DNA from: an uncultured Planctomycetaceae bacterium
GTDB lineage: Bacteria; Planctomycetota; Planctomycetia; Planctomycetales; Planctomycetaceae
NCBI GenBank assembly: GCA_963813715.1
Contig: CAWFAK010000005.1
Location: 1,440,001-1,504,000, forward strand
Direction: 5' to 3'
Length of the DNA: 64,000 bases
How positions within the stretch are numbered: position 1 is the first letter of the stretch; each line of letters opens with the position of its first letter. Below are positions 45,870 through 57,500 of the stretch, piece by piece. Made by a program: the position numbers and the translations under genes. The notes below the pieces were generated by a model that saw only the letters and a list, made by a program, of their open reading frames with translations, did not search any database and was not told where the DNA came from.

Positions 45870-46889
45870 TCAAGTGGGTTGCTGGCTGACTGAGTAGGGT
45901 TGGCCCGTCTTCAAGATCGCTGTCATCAGGCACAACAACCGGCGGGCCACGGCGACGATCGCCTTCTTGGCACGCACGCGCAACTTCAATCGTTCATAAA
46001 TCCGACGCCAACGTAACGAGTGCTGAACCAGCCGCCAGGCGGCTTCGACCAGCGTCGAGCGCAGCAGCGTCGAACCGTTCTTCTCCAGGTGCAGCTCCCG
46101 ACTCTTGCCCGCACTCTCGCGTTGACCCGGTGAGAGCCCCGCGTAAGCGACGACCCGCTTTTGCGAACCGAAGCGATCAATGTCTGCCAGCTCGGCCAGC
46201 ACAACTTCGGTGGTCACGAAGCCCACTCCGGGGATCGTCCGCAACAGCGTCCGCGCTTCCTGCTCGCGAAGCGGCGCTGCCTCGGCGAACTCCTTCAGCC
46301 GGGCGTTGACGGCCAGCAGCTGACGCCTCCCGAAGTGCAACTCTTCGACCATTTGATCCACGGCGAACCGATCCGCTCCCGAGAGGGGCACTTGGGCGAG
46401 ATACGCCAACCCCTCCACGGTGAACAGACTGGGGCGATCCGCGTTGTAGTCGCAGAGAATGCGGCGCAGACGGTTCTTGACGGAGGTCAATCGCCGTTGA
46501 ACGCCGCCCCGCTGACGCACCAGTCGTCGATGCTCATGCTGCCGCGGAGTCGCGCGGTAAGACGTCGGAATCATGTCCAGAGCCAGGAACTCCGCGAGGA
46601 TTTGCGCGTCGAGCCGATCGCTTTTACGCGTGCTCTCGGCAATCACACGCAGCTTCTTCGGGTGGGCCAACAACACGCGATGGGCCACGGGCTCGATCAA
46701 TCGCACGAACCATTCGTAGCTGGCGGTCGCTTCCACGACAGCCTCGAACTCCCCGAGCCTCTCGAAAAATGCGAGGATGGTCCGCTCTTCGCCACAACGC
46801 ACGGTCCGACGCTCCAAAACCCGCCGCGATTGGTCGACGACGCAAATCGTGATAGTCTGCTTGTGTAGGTCGCAGCCGGCAAATTTCAT
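45870..46889 (-). CDS. IS110 family transposase
   Basis: MKFAGCDLHKQT, VVEAT, KSDRLDA (DEDD domain); LRTIPGVG, YAGLSPGQRESAG, KKAIVAVARRL; AAGGA RBS. Confidence 0.95.
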   Translation of the reverse strand: MKFAGCDLHKQTITICVVDQSRRVLERRTVRCGEERTILAFFERLGEFEAVVEATASYEWFVRLIEPVAHRVLLAHPKKLRVIAESTRKSDRLDAQILAEFLALDMIPTSYRATPRQHEHRRLVRQRGGVQRRLTSVKNRLRRILCDYNADRPSLFTVEGLAYLAQVPLSGADRFAVDQMVEELHFGRRQLLAVNARLKEFAEAAPLREQEARTLLRTIPGVGFVTTEVVLAELADIDRFGSQKRVVAYAGLSPGQRESAGKSRELHLEKNGSTLLRSTLVEAAWRLVQHSLRWRRIYERLKLRVRAKKAIVAVARRLLCLMTAILKTGQPYSVSQQPT

Positions 46890-47066
46890 GGCGGTGTCCT
46901 TTTGTGGAAACGGTTTGCAACAAACTCCGTTTACCACGTTCAAGCACAACCACCAACCGGCTCGGCCTACCTCTTACCGCTCCTCATAGCTTCACCCGTC
47001 GCGTAGTCCTGTAGTTTCGTAGGACAAGCTGGCAGCTTGTCCTGCGTGCGGGCACGGGACCAGCGG

Positions 47067-48802
47067 ATGGTCCGGTCGCGGCCGCCGGGAAAGACGCCGC
47101 AAATGGCCGGGTTCCAGGCTCGTCTCCCCAAGAATCGGGTTTCCGGCTACCCTTCCGCCACGATGCGATCCGACCAGCGATATGTGGTTCGGGAGGCGAT
47201 CCGTCGCCAGCAGGGGGAACCGGTGGGAGAACCTGTCCGGGAACCGCTGCGCCGCGACGCGCGCGAATACGGGCGATACGAGGACGAGCAGCCGCCCCGC
47301 CGCGAAGTCCGGGAGTACCAGCAGGGCGAATATCGCGAACCGGCTCCCCCGTATCGCGAGCCAGCTCCGGGCTACCCCGAACCGGCTCCAGCCTATCGCG
47401 AACCGCCGGCCGGTTATCGCGAGCCCCCAGTCACTTACCGCGAGGTGGGCGCCACTTATCGTGAGGCGGGGCCGGTTTATGCTCCCCGTCCGGCACCCCC
47501 CTATTCCGAGCGCCTGCCTGACGAGTCGTATCGCCGCCTCCGCCGCCTCCGCCGCCCCCTCCCCGTCCGGCGCGGCCCCTGTATTCGGTGCGCGAGGCGG
47601 ACCCTTACGGTCGCCGCGAGATCCGCTCATCCTACCTGGCTCAGCCCCAGGAGGCGGGATCCGCATATGGACCCGGCGAGTCGGCGCGTCGTCCAGTTCG
47701 CGAGCGGACGGCACGTCGCGAGGAGTGGCAAGCTGCCGAGCAGAACGAAAACGAAGAAGACTCGACCGATCAGCCCACCGCTCCGGCCTGGTTTGCCGTC
47801 TCGCGAGCGACCGCCTTCTTTGTCGGTTGCGTGACCCTGTTGGCCCTGCTGGGCGAACTGCGGTTTCCCAACTTCTCAGCCGGCGACTGGTGGATCGATC
47901 TCGCGCCCTTGCCGAAGGCGGCGTCCCGCGGCGTGCTCGGCCTGTCGGCCGCATTTCTGATTGTGTTTGCGTTCTTCCCGCGGGCCAATGGATTCATTCG
48001 CCGTTGTGGCGGGCTTTGCACGATGGGCCTGCTGGGAGCGGCCGGTTGGAGCGTTTACCGGTATTACCACGTCGCTCACGCGGGTCAAAGCTTCCACGAT
48101 TTGCCGGTCCCCTTCGCCCTGCATGTGGTCGCCCTGCTCTTCGTCGTGTTGCCCGGGCAGCTGACCGGCTGGTGGGAGCGAACGAACTTTTTCAAGGACG
48201 CTTTCGTTGGGATGGTGACGCTGGCCACCTGCGTGGTCAGTTTTCCGCTGGCGAACTTCGCCTGCGTCGGCCTGCTGGATGATCGAGCCGGCATTGATCC
48301 GGCTCAAGGTGCTGCCGCCGTGGTCGTCGCCGGGCGGGCAGACGCCGAGAAAATCGCCGGCGAGAAACCGGACCGGAACCCGTTGCAGGCGGCGTGCCAG
48401 CTCTATCGCGAGGGGCAGGTCAAACAGCTGTTGCTCGTTCCCCGGTCGGGCGAGACAGGCGGCGCCGAGGAAACGCTGCAGTCCCTGCGACGGGCCGTTT
48501 TAGACCAGGGAATTCCCGAGGCCGATATCCTGTCGCCTCCAGGTGCTCCGGCCGCTTCCGCAGATTCTCGTGCGATGCTGGGCGAGACGGCCAAATTTCT
48601 CGACGCACAGAAGTTGCCGCATGTGCTGATCGTCGCCCGGTTTTTCGAGGTGCCCCGGATTAAGCTCAGCCTCCAGCGGGCCGGGCTCGACGTGCATGCC
48701 GCACCGATTCGCGAGGACGTGCGGACCCCTCAGATGCGGCCCGTGCTGGCCCGCGAGGGGATGGCCTTCTGGCTGTGTTACCTTCAGCCGGTGTTAATGT
48801 AA
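47067..48802 (+). CDS. Membrane protein with N-terminal YREP repeats and a degenerate DUF218/YdcF-like domain, frameshift ~47530
   Basis: Repeat-rich N-terminus, ~5 TMs, then AVVVAG, ACQLYREG, QGIPEADIL, VLIV...PR, LAREGMA pattern. Confidence 0.65.
47331..47477 (+). repeat. Coding 21-bp tandem repeat, 7 units (YREPAPx)
   Basis: YREPAPP YREPAPG YPEPAPA YREPPAG YREPPVT YREVGAT YREAGPV. Confidence 0.85.
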
Positions 48803-48943
48803 CGCGTCTGGGATCTCCCCGGTCCGTCGCATCCGCCTGGCCCTGAACGAAAAACCTCTTGCACCGGCCGCCGGGACGCTAGAATGATTTTAGAAAGGCC
48901 GAAGTGGCGCGCCGTACGCGTGCGCTCCGGTGCCAGGAGCGTC

Positions 48944-49600
48944 ATGCCGCAGCGAGGCGAGCGAGATGTGAACCGTTCGGCAGAGCCGCCGGTCGCCCAG
49001 CTCGGCCGCTCGCTTCCCCAGAGCCAGTTCGCGCTGCGATTCTTCGGCCTGTCGGCCGGCCTCTTTCTCGCCGCGGGATTGATTGCGTGGGTGCTGTCGC
49101 GGCTGATCGGGCCGCCGCACGCCCCCGGTCAATTCATCATCCCGCTGGCCTTCGCCTTCAGCACTGTGTTCTTGGTCCTTTGCAGCGCGGTCCAGGTGCG
49201 GGCTCTGGCGGCCGTGCGTCGCGAACGGCAGCGAAAGTTCCGCAAGAACATGCTCTGGGCGCTGGCTTACGGGACGGCGTTCGTCGGCGTTCAGGTCTTC
49301 GGCATGTGGTGCGTCGTCCAGAACCTGCGCGCCATCCAGAACGCGGGCGAGGCCCAATTGGGGGCGACGGCTCTGGTCATTGCGGCCGCGGCGATGCACG
49401 CCTTGCACGTCGTGGTGGCCCTCTTGCTGCTGACCTTGGTCACGCTGCGAGGACTGAACGACCGCTACGACCACGAATACTCGTTCGGCGTGTTGGGCTG
49501 CAGCTGGGTCTGGCACGGCCTGGGAATCATGTGGATCTTTATCCTGGGCGCGTTCGTCGTCTGCGACGGATTCCTGGCGCTCCGCGTGCCGCCGCTTTAA
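48944..49600 (+). CDS. Cytochrome c oxidase subunit III-like membrane protein
   Basis: Five TMs; STVFLVLCS, AFVGVQ, MHALHVVV, WVWHGLGIMW; start uncertain (48944 or 48968). Confidence 0.72.
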   Translation: MPQRGERDVNRSAEPPVAQLGRSLPQSQFALRFFGLSAGLFLAAGLIAWVLSRLIGPPHAPGQFIIPLAFAFSTVFLVLCSAVQVRALAAVRRERQRKFRKNMLWALAYGTAFVGVQVFGMWCVVQNLRAIQNAGEAQLGATALVIAAAAMHALHVVVALLLLTLVTLRGLNDRYDHEYSFGVLGCSWVWHGLGIMWIFILGAFVVCDGFLALRVPPL

Positions 49601-49624
49601 ATCCCGCGGACGGGCCAAACCGTG

Positions 49625-50170
49625 TTACGCGGTGATCCCCAGGTCGCGAATGGTCAGCAGGCTGTGAAAGGGAACGTCGCGAGCGGCAAAGGCGTCGGCT
49701 CCGCCCTGCAGGCGATCGCAAACGCCGACCACGCAGGCCACGCGGCAGCCCAGCTCTTTGACCCGGTCGATCGCATCGAGCGCGCTGCCGCCGGTGGTGA
49801 TCACGTCCTCGACAATCACGACGGTCGAGCCTGGCTCGACCGGACCCTCGACGGCCCGCTTGGTGCCGTGCTCTTTGGCCTGCTTTCGGACCAAGAAGCC
49901 AACCAATGGCCGGCGTCGTTCGGCGGCCACGGTGAGCACGCCCCCCACAATCGGATCAGCCCCGATCGACATTCCGCCGACTGCCGCAAACTCGATTCCT
50001 TCCAACCGCTCGAGTATCCCCTCGGCAATCAGCCGCAGCCCCTCGGAATGCAGCGTGATCAAACGGCCGTCGAGGTAATAGCTCGACTTCTGCCCGGAGG
50101 CCAACGTAAAGTCGCCGAACTTGAGCGCATGCTGGCGGAAGAGCTCGATCAAACGCGCGCGGTCGTACAT
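49625..50170 (-). CDS. pyrE: Orotate phosphoribosyltransferase
   Basis: GDFTLASGQKSSYYLD, VRKQAKEHG, VIVEDVITTGGS. Confidence 0.95.
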   Translation of the reverse strand: MYDRARLIELFRQHALKFGDFTLASGQKSSYYLDGRLITLHSEGLRLIAEGILERLEGIEFAAVGGMSIGADPIVGGVLTVAAERRRPLVGFLVRKQAKEHGTKRAVEGPVEPGSTVVIVEDVITTGGSALDAIDRVKELGCRVACVVGVCDRLQGGADAFAARDVPFHSLLTIRDLGITA

Positions 50171-50384
50171 CGTCGTGTCCCCTCGGTGCCGGCCATCTTA
50201 CGCGCCTGGAGCGATCGGGACAGCGACCCGCGTGGCGGATCGAGCGCATCGCTGCCACTAAAGATCCGGTGGCTGGGGTCGAGCCGGAGGCGAGCCCCCA
50301 GTTCATTTCCTAAGCGCTGGGGGCGGCGCAGGACGCCGGCCCCAGCCACCCGAGAGTAGTGAGGTGCTGCGCCAGAAGAAACCG

Positions 50385-51719
50385 CTACGGTCGGATGGTG
50401 ACTTCCGAGCCGACGTTCAGCATGTCGAAGACTTCGGTCACGTCTTCGTTGCGCATGCGGATGCAGCCGCGCGACTCGGCTTTGCCGATCGAGCCGGGAT
50501 CGATTGTGCCATGGATCCCGTAACTGTTACCCAGATCGAGCCAGCGCGGGCCGAGCGGATTCTGCGGATCGTCGGGATCGATCACGCGGCCGTGCGGGTC
50601 GGTGTACTGCGGCTTCACCACCTTGTTGAGCACGGCGAGTTTGCCCAAAGGCGTGCTGCTGTCCTTGCCGATGCCGATCGGATAGGCCCGCACGAAATAG
50701 CCGTAGGCGTGAATGGTCATCAGGAAGCTGCCCGCTTCCACGATCGCCGAGAACGGCCCCTGGATCACCTTGAGCTTGCGGCCGGGACGCAGTTTCTTCG
50801 GGTCGTCGATGCGGTTGAGCTTTGCCAGATACTGCCAGGGAATGTTGTACCGCTTGGCCAGCTGCGCGATCTGGTCGTTCGGGCTGACGATGTAAGGCTC
50901 GACAAAGTGCAGCCGCGGGTCAAAGTAGATCGCGTTGGCCGTCTTCTCGATCCGCTGCTGAATGGCGCTGCGCCAGCCGGGCTTGCTCCAATAGATCGTC
51001 GAGAGTTCGCGGTGGGCGCGCAAAATGTCGTCGGCTTCGAGAAAGCCGTCGATCGTCTTGAGACGGGTGGCCAGCTCGGGATCGACGGCCGGAGCCGTCG
51101 CGGCGGGGGTGGTCGAGTTGGGGGCGGCCGGCTGCGCCGACTCTTCGACCGTGTGCGAGGCCGGGGCCACGTCCGACGGCATGGAGGGCGCGGCCGCCTG
51201 CCGCACCGGGGGCTCTGCCGCCGACTCGGGCGTGGGCTCCGATTGAGCCTGCATCGTCGGCTTCTGCGGGAGCGGCGCAGACGAGGGGTCGGACGGCGCG
51301 TTGAATTTCGGGCGACTCATGTCGACGTCGTCGATGCTGGCCGGCTCGACCGACGACGGCGTCGTCGGATTGGACCGGAGCTTCGGGGCCGTGTCCTCGG
51401 CACGTTGCACCATGAGCCGCGCTTTGGCCGACTTCATCGATTCATGCTTCGTGGGCGGCGGGGCATCCTCCACTTCCGGAGGCGGCTCCGATTGTGGCCC
51501 GACGGAATTCGTGACTTCGATCTGGCCGTTCGGCGGCAGCGGATGCGCGGCGGGATCCGTGGGCGTCGTCGCTTGAGCGACCCCCGGGGCCGACGTCAGG
51601 CGAGGCCAGGCGATGTCGAACCAATCGAAGTGCGAGGCGCCGTACAGCGTTCCTCCGACCAGCAGCGTCAGCCAGAAGGCCCAAGTCGCGAACGACTGAC
51701 GTTTATACTGTTGTCGCAT
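50385..51719 (-). CDS. L,D-transpeptidase with LysM domain
   Basis: N-terminal TM, Pro-rich linker, LysM (YIVSPND...LRPGRKLKV), NPLGPRW, YGIHGT, SRGCIRM. Confidence 0.9.
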   Translation of the reverse strand: MRQQYKRQSFATWAFWLTLLVGGTLYGASHFDWFDIAWPRLTSAPGVAQATTPTDPAAHPLPPNGQIEVTNSVGPQSEPPPEVEDAPPPTKHESMKSAKARLMVQRAEDTAPKLRSNPTTPSSVEPASIDDVDMSRPKFNAPSDPSSAPLPQKPTMQAQSEPTPESAAEPPVRQAAAPSMPSDVAPASHTVEESAQPAAPNSTTPAATAPAVDPELATRLKTIDGFLEADDILRAHRELSTIYWSKPGWRSAIQQRIEKTANAIYFDPRLHFVEPYIVSPNDQIAQLAKRYNIPWQYLAKLNRIDDPKKLRPGRKLKVIQGPFSAIVEAGSFLMTIHAYGYFVRAYPIGIGKDSSTPLGKLAVLNKVVKPQYTDPHGRVIDPDDPQNPLGPRWLDLGNSYGIHGTIDPGSIGKAESRGCIRMRNEDVTEVFDMLNVGSEVTIRP

Positions 51720-52017
51720 GGACGTTCTTCCTTGAACGGCTCGCGGCAGGTGCGGGAAAGCAAGAAACAGCAGCGGAACAGCGAGAAAATAGCCGCGGAA
51801 CTATAACAGGCGTTTTTGAGATCGACTACGGGAAGATTGCTTCGCCGTAACAGTCCGTGCGACTGGAAGTTCCGTCGACTCGGTTTCTCACAACGCGAGC
51901 CGGCGCGATCCGCGGGATGGGCGTTCTCAAGTGGACGCATGAACTGAAACGCCCGACCCTGCGTTAGCGGGAACGAAAACAGTCGCGATTCGAGAAACCT
52001 CTTGGCAAGCGTGTTGA

Positions 52018-52792
52018 ATGTTCATCTTCTCCACCATCTGTGCGGTCATTCTGGCGATCTATGTCGGCTACGAGTCGGCTCGCGGACGCAGCAAATATCA
52101 GCGGTTGAAGACCGCCGTCGCACAGGGCGACCGGACCGCCCGCTCGCGCTTCTACGTCGAAATTTTGATCTTCGAGTGCGTGAGCGCGGCACTCGCGTTT
52201 GCGGCTCTCGGATTCGATCCCGCGCTTCGACCCAGCGCATCTGCAACTCGACGAGACGGCCTTTGGCCAATGGTGCGTCTCGGCCTGGCAGCACGTCGAT
52301 GTCGAAGCGGTCCGAGGACTGGTCGTCGGGGCACTGGCGGGCACCGCGGTCGTCCTGGCGCTCTTGTGGCGGGCTCGTCGCAAGGGACCGTCGGCACCCG
52401 TCTCGCAGTCGCCCTTGGCGCGTTTGCTGCCGGACTTCGGAGCCCTCATTCCGACGACGCTGCGTGAGCGACTGATCTTCGTGCTCGTCGCCCTGAGTGC
52501 GGGCCTGTGCGAGGAAGTGGTCTTTCGCGCATGGCTGCTCGACGTGCTGCATCAGATCGGTTTGGCCGGCCTGACTCTGGTGGTCGTCGCGTCCGTCGTC
52601 TTCGGTCTGGCCCACATCTATCAGGGTGTGCTGGGGATCGTCGTCACGGGCGGGTTGGGACTCGTCTTTTGCGGCCTCTATTTCGCCAGCGGCACGCTTT
52701 GGCTGCCGATCGTGATTCACGCGATCATCGACCTGCGGATCGCCGTCATGCCGTCATTGACGGCTCCTGTCCGCGACGCGTCGGCCGCCTAG
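52018..52792 (+). CDS. CPBP (Abi/CAAX) intramembrane metalloprotease, frameshift ~52225
   Basis: AGLCEEVVFR, FGLAHIYQG, HAIID. Confidence 0.85.
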
Positions 52793-52949
52793 CGGATTCG
52801 GGCCGATGCCGGCGACCCTTTCGCCTGCCTGGGTTCCCCCTTGCTGAGCGTTTCACCCGCGCCGCCACTGCTCATATACTGCTGGAGTCGGCAAAGCGCC
52901 ACCAGTCCCTCCCCTGATCCCCTCCTTGCAGCAGTAGAGCAGCCACCTC

Positions 52950-54311
52950 ATGAGCAAGAAAACAACCCAGGGCGGAAACACAACGCGACGCGATTTCTTG
53001 ACCCACAGCACGGCGCTCGGCGCGGCGCTCTGGGTGTCCGGCCGTCCCGCCCTGGCGAGCAAGTCGCCCAACGAAAAGCTCAACATCGCGGCCATTGGTT
53101 GCGGCGGCAAGGGACGCGTCGACATTCGCGGCTGCTCTCACGAGAACATCGTCGCCTTGTGCGACTGCGACGACGGACGCGCGGCCGAAACCTACAAGCG
53201 CTTTCCGACCGTGCAGAAATACAAGGACTACCGCAAGATGCTCGAGGAGCGCAAGGACATCGACGCCGTCCTTGTCTCCACGCCCGACCATCATCACGCG
53301 CCGGCCAGCGTGATGGCGATGAAGCTGGGCAAGCACGTCTATTGCCAGAAGCCGCTGACCCACTCGATTTACGAGGCCCGCCGCATGCGCGAGGTGGCCC
53401 ACGAGATGAAGGTCGTCACCCAGATGGGAAACCAGGGGCACGCCTTCGAGGGAGCGCGGCGAATCGTCGAGGTCTTTCGCTCCGGAGCGATCGGCGAGGT
53501 CCGCGAGGTGCACTGCTGGACCGATCGGCCCAACGGCCATTGGTGGAAACAGCCCGTCGCCGTTCCGAGCGATCGGCCCCCCGTCCCCGTCGGCCTCGAT
53601 TGGGATTTGTGGCTCGGCCCGGCCCCCAAACGCGCGTATCACCGCATCTACTGCCCGCACGATTGGCGGGCCTGGTGGGACTTTGGCTCCGGCGCCTTGG
53701 GCGACATGGCCTGCCACATCGTCGATTCGGCCTATTGGGCGCTCGAGCTGGGATCCCCGGTCACAGTCGAGGCGCAGTCGCACGGCGCCACGACCGAATC
53801 GGCGCCGGCCTGGCAGATCATCAAGTTCCAATTCCCGGAGCGGACGTCGCCCGCGCGCGGCGTCACGCTGCCGCCGGTATCGCTCACCTGGTACGACGGC
53901 GGCAAAAAACCGCCCGCGGAACTGGCCCAAGGCAACGTGCTGCCCCCCGGCGGAACGCTCTGGATTGGCAGCGAAGGGACGATCTTCACCGTCGACGACT
54001 ACAGCATCGTTTTCCGGCTGCTTCCCGAAAAGAAATTCGAGGGCTACCAAGGACCCAAACCCTACCTGCCGCGCAATCCGCGCAGCGAATACGCTCCTTA
54101 CATGGAGTGGATCGCCGCGTGCAAAGGCATGGGAACGACGTTCTCGAACTTCGACTACGCCTCCCGACTCACCGAGTCGATGCTCGTCGGCGTGCTGGCC
54201 GTGCGGCTCGGCAAGAAGATCGAGTGGGACGCCGAGAATCAGGTCGCCAAAAACGCCCCGGAAGCCGCGCCGATGATCCATCGCGAGTATCGGGCTGGCT
54301 GGACGGTTTAG
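52950..54311 (+). CDS. Tat-exported Gfo/Idh/MocA oxidoreductase
   Basis: TRRDFL signal; IGCGGKG, STPDHHHA, YCQKPL, QMGNQ, GALGDMACH. Confidence 0.92.
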   Translation: MSKKTTQGGNTTRRDFLTHSTALGAALWVSGRPALASKSPNEKLNIAAIGCGGKGRVDIRGCSHENIVALCDCDDGRAAETYKRFPTVQKYKDYRKMLEERKDIDAVLVSTPDHHHAPASVMAMKLGKHVYCQKPLTHSIYEARRMREVAHEMKVVTQMGNQGHAFEGARRIVEVFRSGAIGEVREVHCWTDRPNGHWWKQPVAVPSDRPPVPVGLDWDLWLGPAPKRAYHRIYCPHDWRAWWDFGSGALGDMACHIVDSAYWALELGSPVTVEAQSHGATTESAPAWQIIKFQFPERTSPARGVTLPPVSLTWYDGGKKPPAELAQGNVLPPGGTLWIGSEGTIFTVDDYSIVFRLLPEKKFEGYQGPKPYLPRNPRSEYAPYMEWIAACKGMGTTFSNFDYASRLTESMLVGVLAVRLGKKIEWDAENQVAKNAPEAAPMIHREYRAGWTV

Positions 54312-54500
54312 TCTCCCGCCCTGGCGTCGGTCCGGTCTGGCAACCTGAAGAAAGCCGGCTTTCGATGGACATCCGTGGCTGTTTGGGCCGGCGGCCCGTT
54401 GTGGCGGGCTTGGCCTTTTGCGAAAATCGCCAGACACCGGCTGGCCCCAAACGGTGACTGGCCCCCGGGTAGCGGTGGCCGGAGATCGCGCGGAGCGGCA

Positions 54501-57500
54501 ATGGCACGATGCAATCGATGTTGGTTGTCGCGTGGCACACCGCTTTGGTCGTTTTCTCACGTCGCTCGCACCGCGGCGATGGTCGGCCTGTTGCTCGCTT
54601 CCTGTCGAGCTTGGGGCGCACCGCCGTCATCTCCCGTCGCAATCGATCGCGATCTTCAGCAGCCCTTCGCGGAGGCTCAATCGCTCATCGGCCGCGGGCT
54701 CTTCACCGACGCGATGCGCCTGTTGCAACCGATCCTGGGCGACTCGCAGAACAGGCTGGCGTTTCTCGACGGACGCTATGTCGACGCGAAAATTGCCGCC
54801 AATCGGCTGATCGGCACCTTTCCTCGCACGGCGCTCGCCGCTTACGAAAAAGAGTTCGGCAAGGAGGCGAGCGACGACCTGCAACGGGCGCAAACCGCGG
54901 GCAAGGTCGAAGACGTCCTGCGGGTTTTCACGACGTATCGACACACGGCGGCCGGACTGCGTGCGCTGGCGGTCGCCGCCGGCATCTTTTTCGATCGCGG
55001 CCAGTTCATGGAGGCGGCAGCTGCGAGCCGACAACTACTCGACCTGCCCGACGCAGCCGAGCAGCCTTCGGCAGCCGCGCGGCTCGTCTTGTCGTGGATG
55101 CGGCTGGGAGCAAGTGACCAGGCCCGCCGCTGGATCGACGGCCGGCGGACGGTCCTCGCCAACTCCCAGATCGAAGTCGAGGGCCATCGTTATCCGCTCG
55201 ACCGCTGGCTGGACGAACTCTTGCGCCCGCGGCTGCGAGCGCGTCCGCTGTGACAAAATCGGCGCCCAGCGCCGGAGGCCACGCGCAGACGCTCGCCCCT
55301 TGGAACGCGCACACTCCCACCACGCTTTCGCTCTGGACCAAGCGGCTGAGCGGGACCGGCACCTCGGCGCGCTGATCGACGAACTGATCGCCCGGCGGGC
55401 CGCCTCCGGCATCGCCCCCGTTTTTCATGGAGTGCCGCTGGTCGTCGGTGAAACCTTGGTGGTGCGGACGGGCGACGAGCTGGCCGCCTACGAACTGGCG
55501 ACCGGGCGCTCGCTCTGGTCGCACGATGTGTCGCCTCCCGGCGGCGGGTTCGAGGGGGGCGGCTTCCGCGACGTCACCATGCCCCTGGTGACAGAGACGC
55601 TGGCCGACCGGTTTTTCGCCGGCGCGCCGCACACGGCGATCTCCAGCGATGGCGAGCGGATTTTTACGGTCGTCGAGGATGTGGCGCCGTCGGTTCCCAT
55701 GTTCTCGCGCCGCCGACGCTTCGCCGTCGAAACGCCGCCGAAGAACAGCCTGGTCGCGTTCGATTGGCTCACCGGCAAGCAGGTCTGGCGATTGTCGGAC
55801 ATCGAGGTCCCGGGGGCCGAATCGGCCGGCGACACGAGAGACGTCGATTTTCTCGGTCCGCCGTTGGCGCACTGTGGCATCTTGTATGTGCTCGCGCGTA
55901 CCGAGGAGGCCGCTTACCTTCTGGCAGTTGGGCCGGCCGACGGAAAAGTGCGTTGGTCGCAAAACCTGGCCGGCTTCTCGGGCTTCGAGGCCGATTCGGT
56001 TTCCTGGTCGGGGCCCTCTTGCATGCCGCTCGAAAGCGAAGGGCTGCTTTTGTGCCCGACGCCCGACGGCTTGGTGATTGCCGTCGACCTGATCACGCAC
56101 AGCGTGCGCTGGGCCTATCGCGTCGAGCCGGTGGAAGAACCGGCCCGTCGGCCTCCGCGCTGGGGGCGTGGCTTTGCCGGCGCCGAAGCACGTTGGCTTT
56201 CGACCTGGCGGGAAACGCTGATCCGTAGCGACGGCGCGCGCTGCTATTTCATTTCCCCGCGCTCGCCGCAGGTGCACGTGCTCGACAGCAGAGACGGGCA
56301 AAATCATCTGGACGCGACCAATTCCCGGCGGCCTGTTTCTGGGACCGGTCGAGCCGGGCGGACCGGGAGCGCCGGCCTCGCTGATTACTGTCGCCAAATA
56401 CCGGGTGAACGCTTGGGACGCGGCCACCGGCAAGCCCTTGTGGAGCGCTGCGGTCGGACTGCCCAGCGGCCGGGGCCTCGAGATCGATCGGCATTACTAT
56501 CTTCCGTGCACGAACGGAGCCGCGGTCGACGTCGATCTGCACAATGGCCGCGCCACGTCGGTCGTCACCGCGGGGAGCGACACGCTGGGCAATCTGGTTG
56601 CCGCACCGGACGGGGCCGGAGTGGCGGTCGTCGCGCAGTCGCACGAGCAGCTCATCGTGCTGCCGACGCTCGAAGCACAGCGTCGCACGCTCGTGGCGAA
56701 AGTCGCCGAGCAGCCCGAGAATGTCGAATCTGCGGAATCGGCTGGCCCTCGTCGAACGCGAAGCCGGAGATTTCGAGAGTGCCGAGCGCCGTTTGGAAGC
56801 GTTAATCGCGGGGCCTCCGAAAAAGCCGGCAGGAGCGGGCAAGAAAACGGAGACGCCCGAGGCACCGCCCGCCCGCTTTCGCCACGAACTCTTGGAGACG
56901 ATGCTGGCCGACCTGGAAGCGGTCGCCGGCTCGCGTGCGCGGCCCTGGCAGAGCGAGTACAGCGCAATACCGACTCGCAGCAATGGGCCCGGTCGCTGCG
57001 GACGCTGGCCCTGGCCCGCCAGTCCGCGGGCCAAACGGGCGGCGCCTTCGAGTTGCTGTTGGGTCTCGCCAAGTCGGACCTGCCGCCGACGCTCGAGGTC
57101 GATCGCGGTCCCGCTCGGGTCGGTCGCGTTCGATCGGCAGCTCCGCGCGGACCTGATGGATTTGCTCGCGGGGTCTTCCCTGCCCGCGTTTCGCGAGGCC
57201 CGCGCACAGCTCTTGAGGACTCTGCAAGCCGCCTTGGCCAGCGGCGATATCGAGACGCTGCGACGCGTCTCCGACCGGCTCGGTTTCGCCGAATGGGATC
57301 CGCGGCTGCGACAAAAGATCGAGGAAGCGCTGCGTCCCGATCCCGGCTACCAGAGGGAGCAGCTCACGCTCTGGGAAGAAGCGTTGCACCAGGACCGCAC
57401 GCGCGGCGGCGAAGCCCTCCGCAAGTTGGCCGAACTTTACTTTTCGCGAGGCGAACGCAACCTGGCCGCCGGCTGCTACCGCCGCCTGCGCGATGATTTT

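Larger units (their letters stand above)
45593..46994 (-). mobile_element. IS110-family insertion sequence, IS1111-like
   Basis: Transposase; sub-terminal inverted repeats CTATGAGAAG (45596-45605) and CTCCTCATAG (46980-46989); CA dinucleotide at both ends (45593-94, 46993-94); ~260-nt non-coding region downstream of the transposase. Confidence 0.85.

Noticed and set aside
48841..48887. CCCTGAACGAAA and GCTAGAATGA as another copy of the array module
   Set aside because: The two pieces are in the wrong relative orientation, and the 23-nt spacer and closing arm are absent; TAGAAT is probably just a -10 box.
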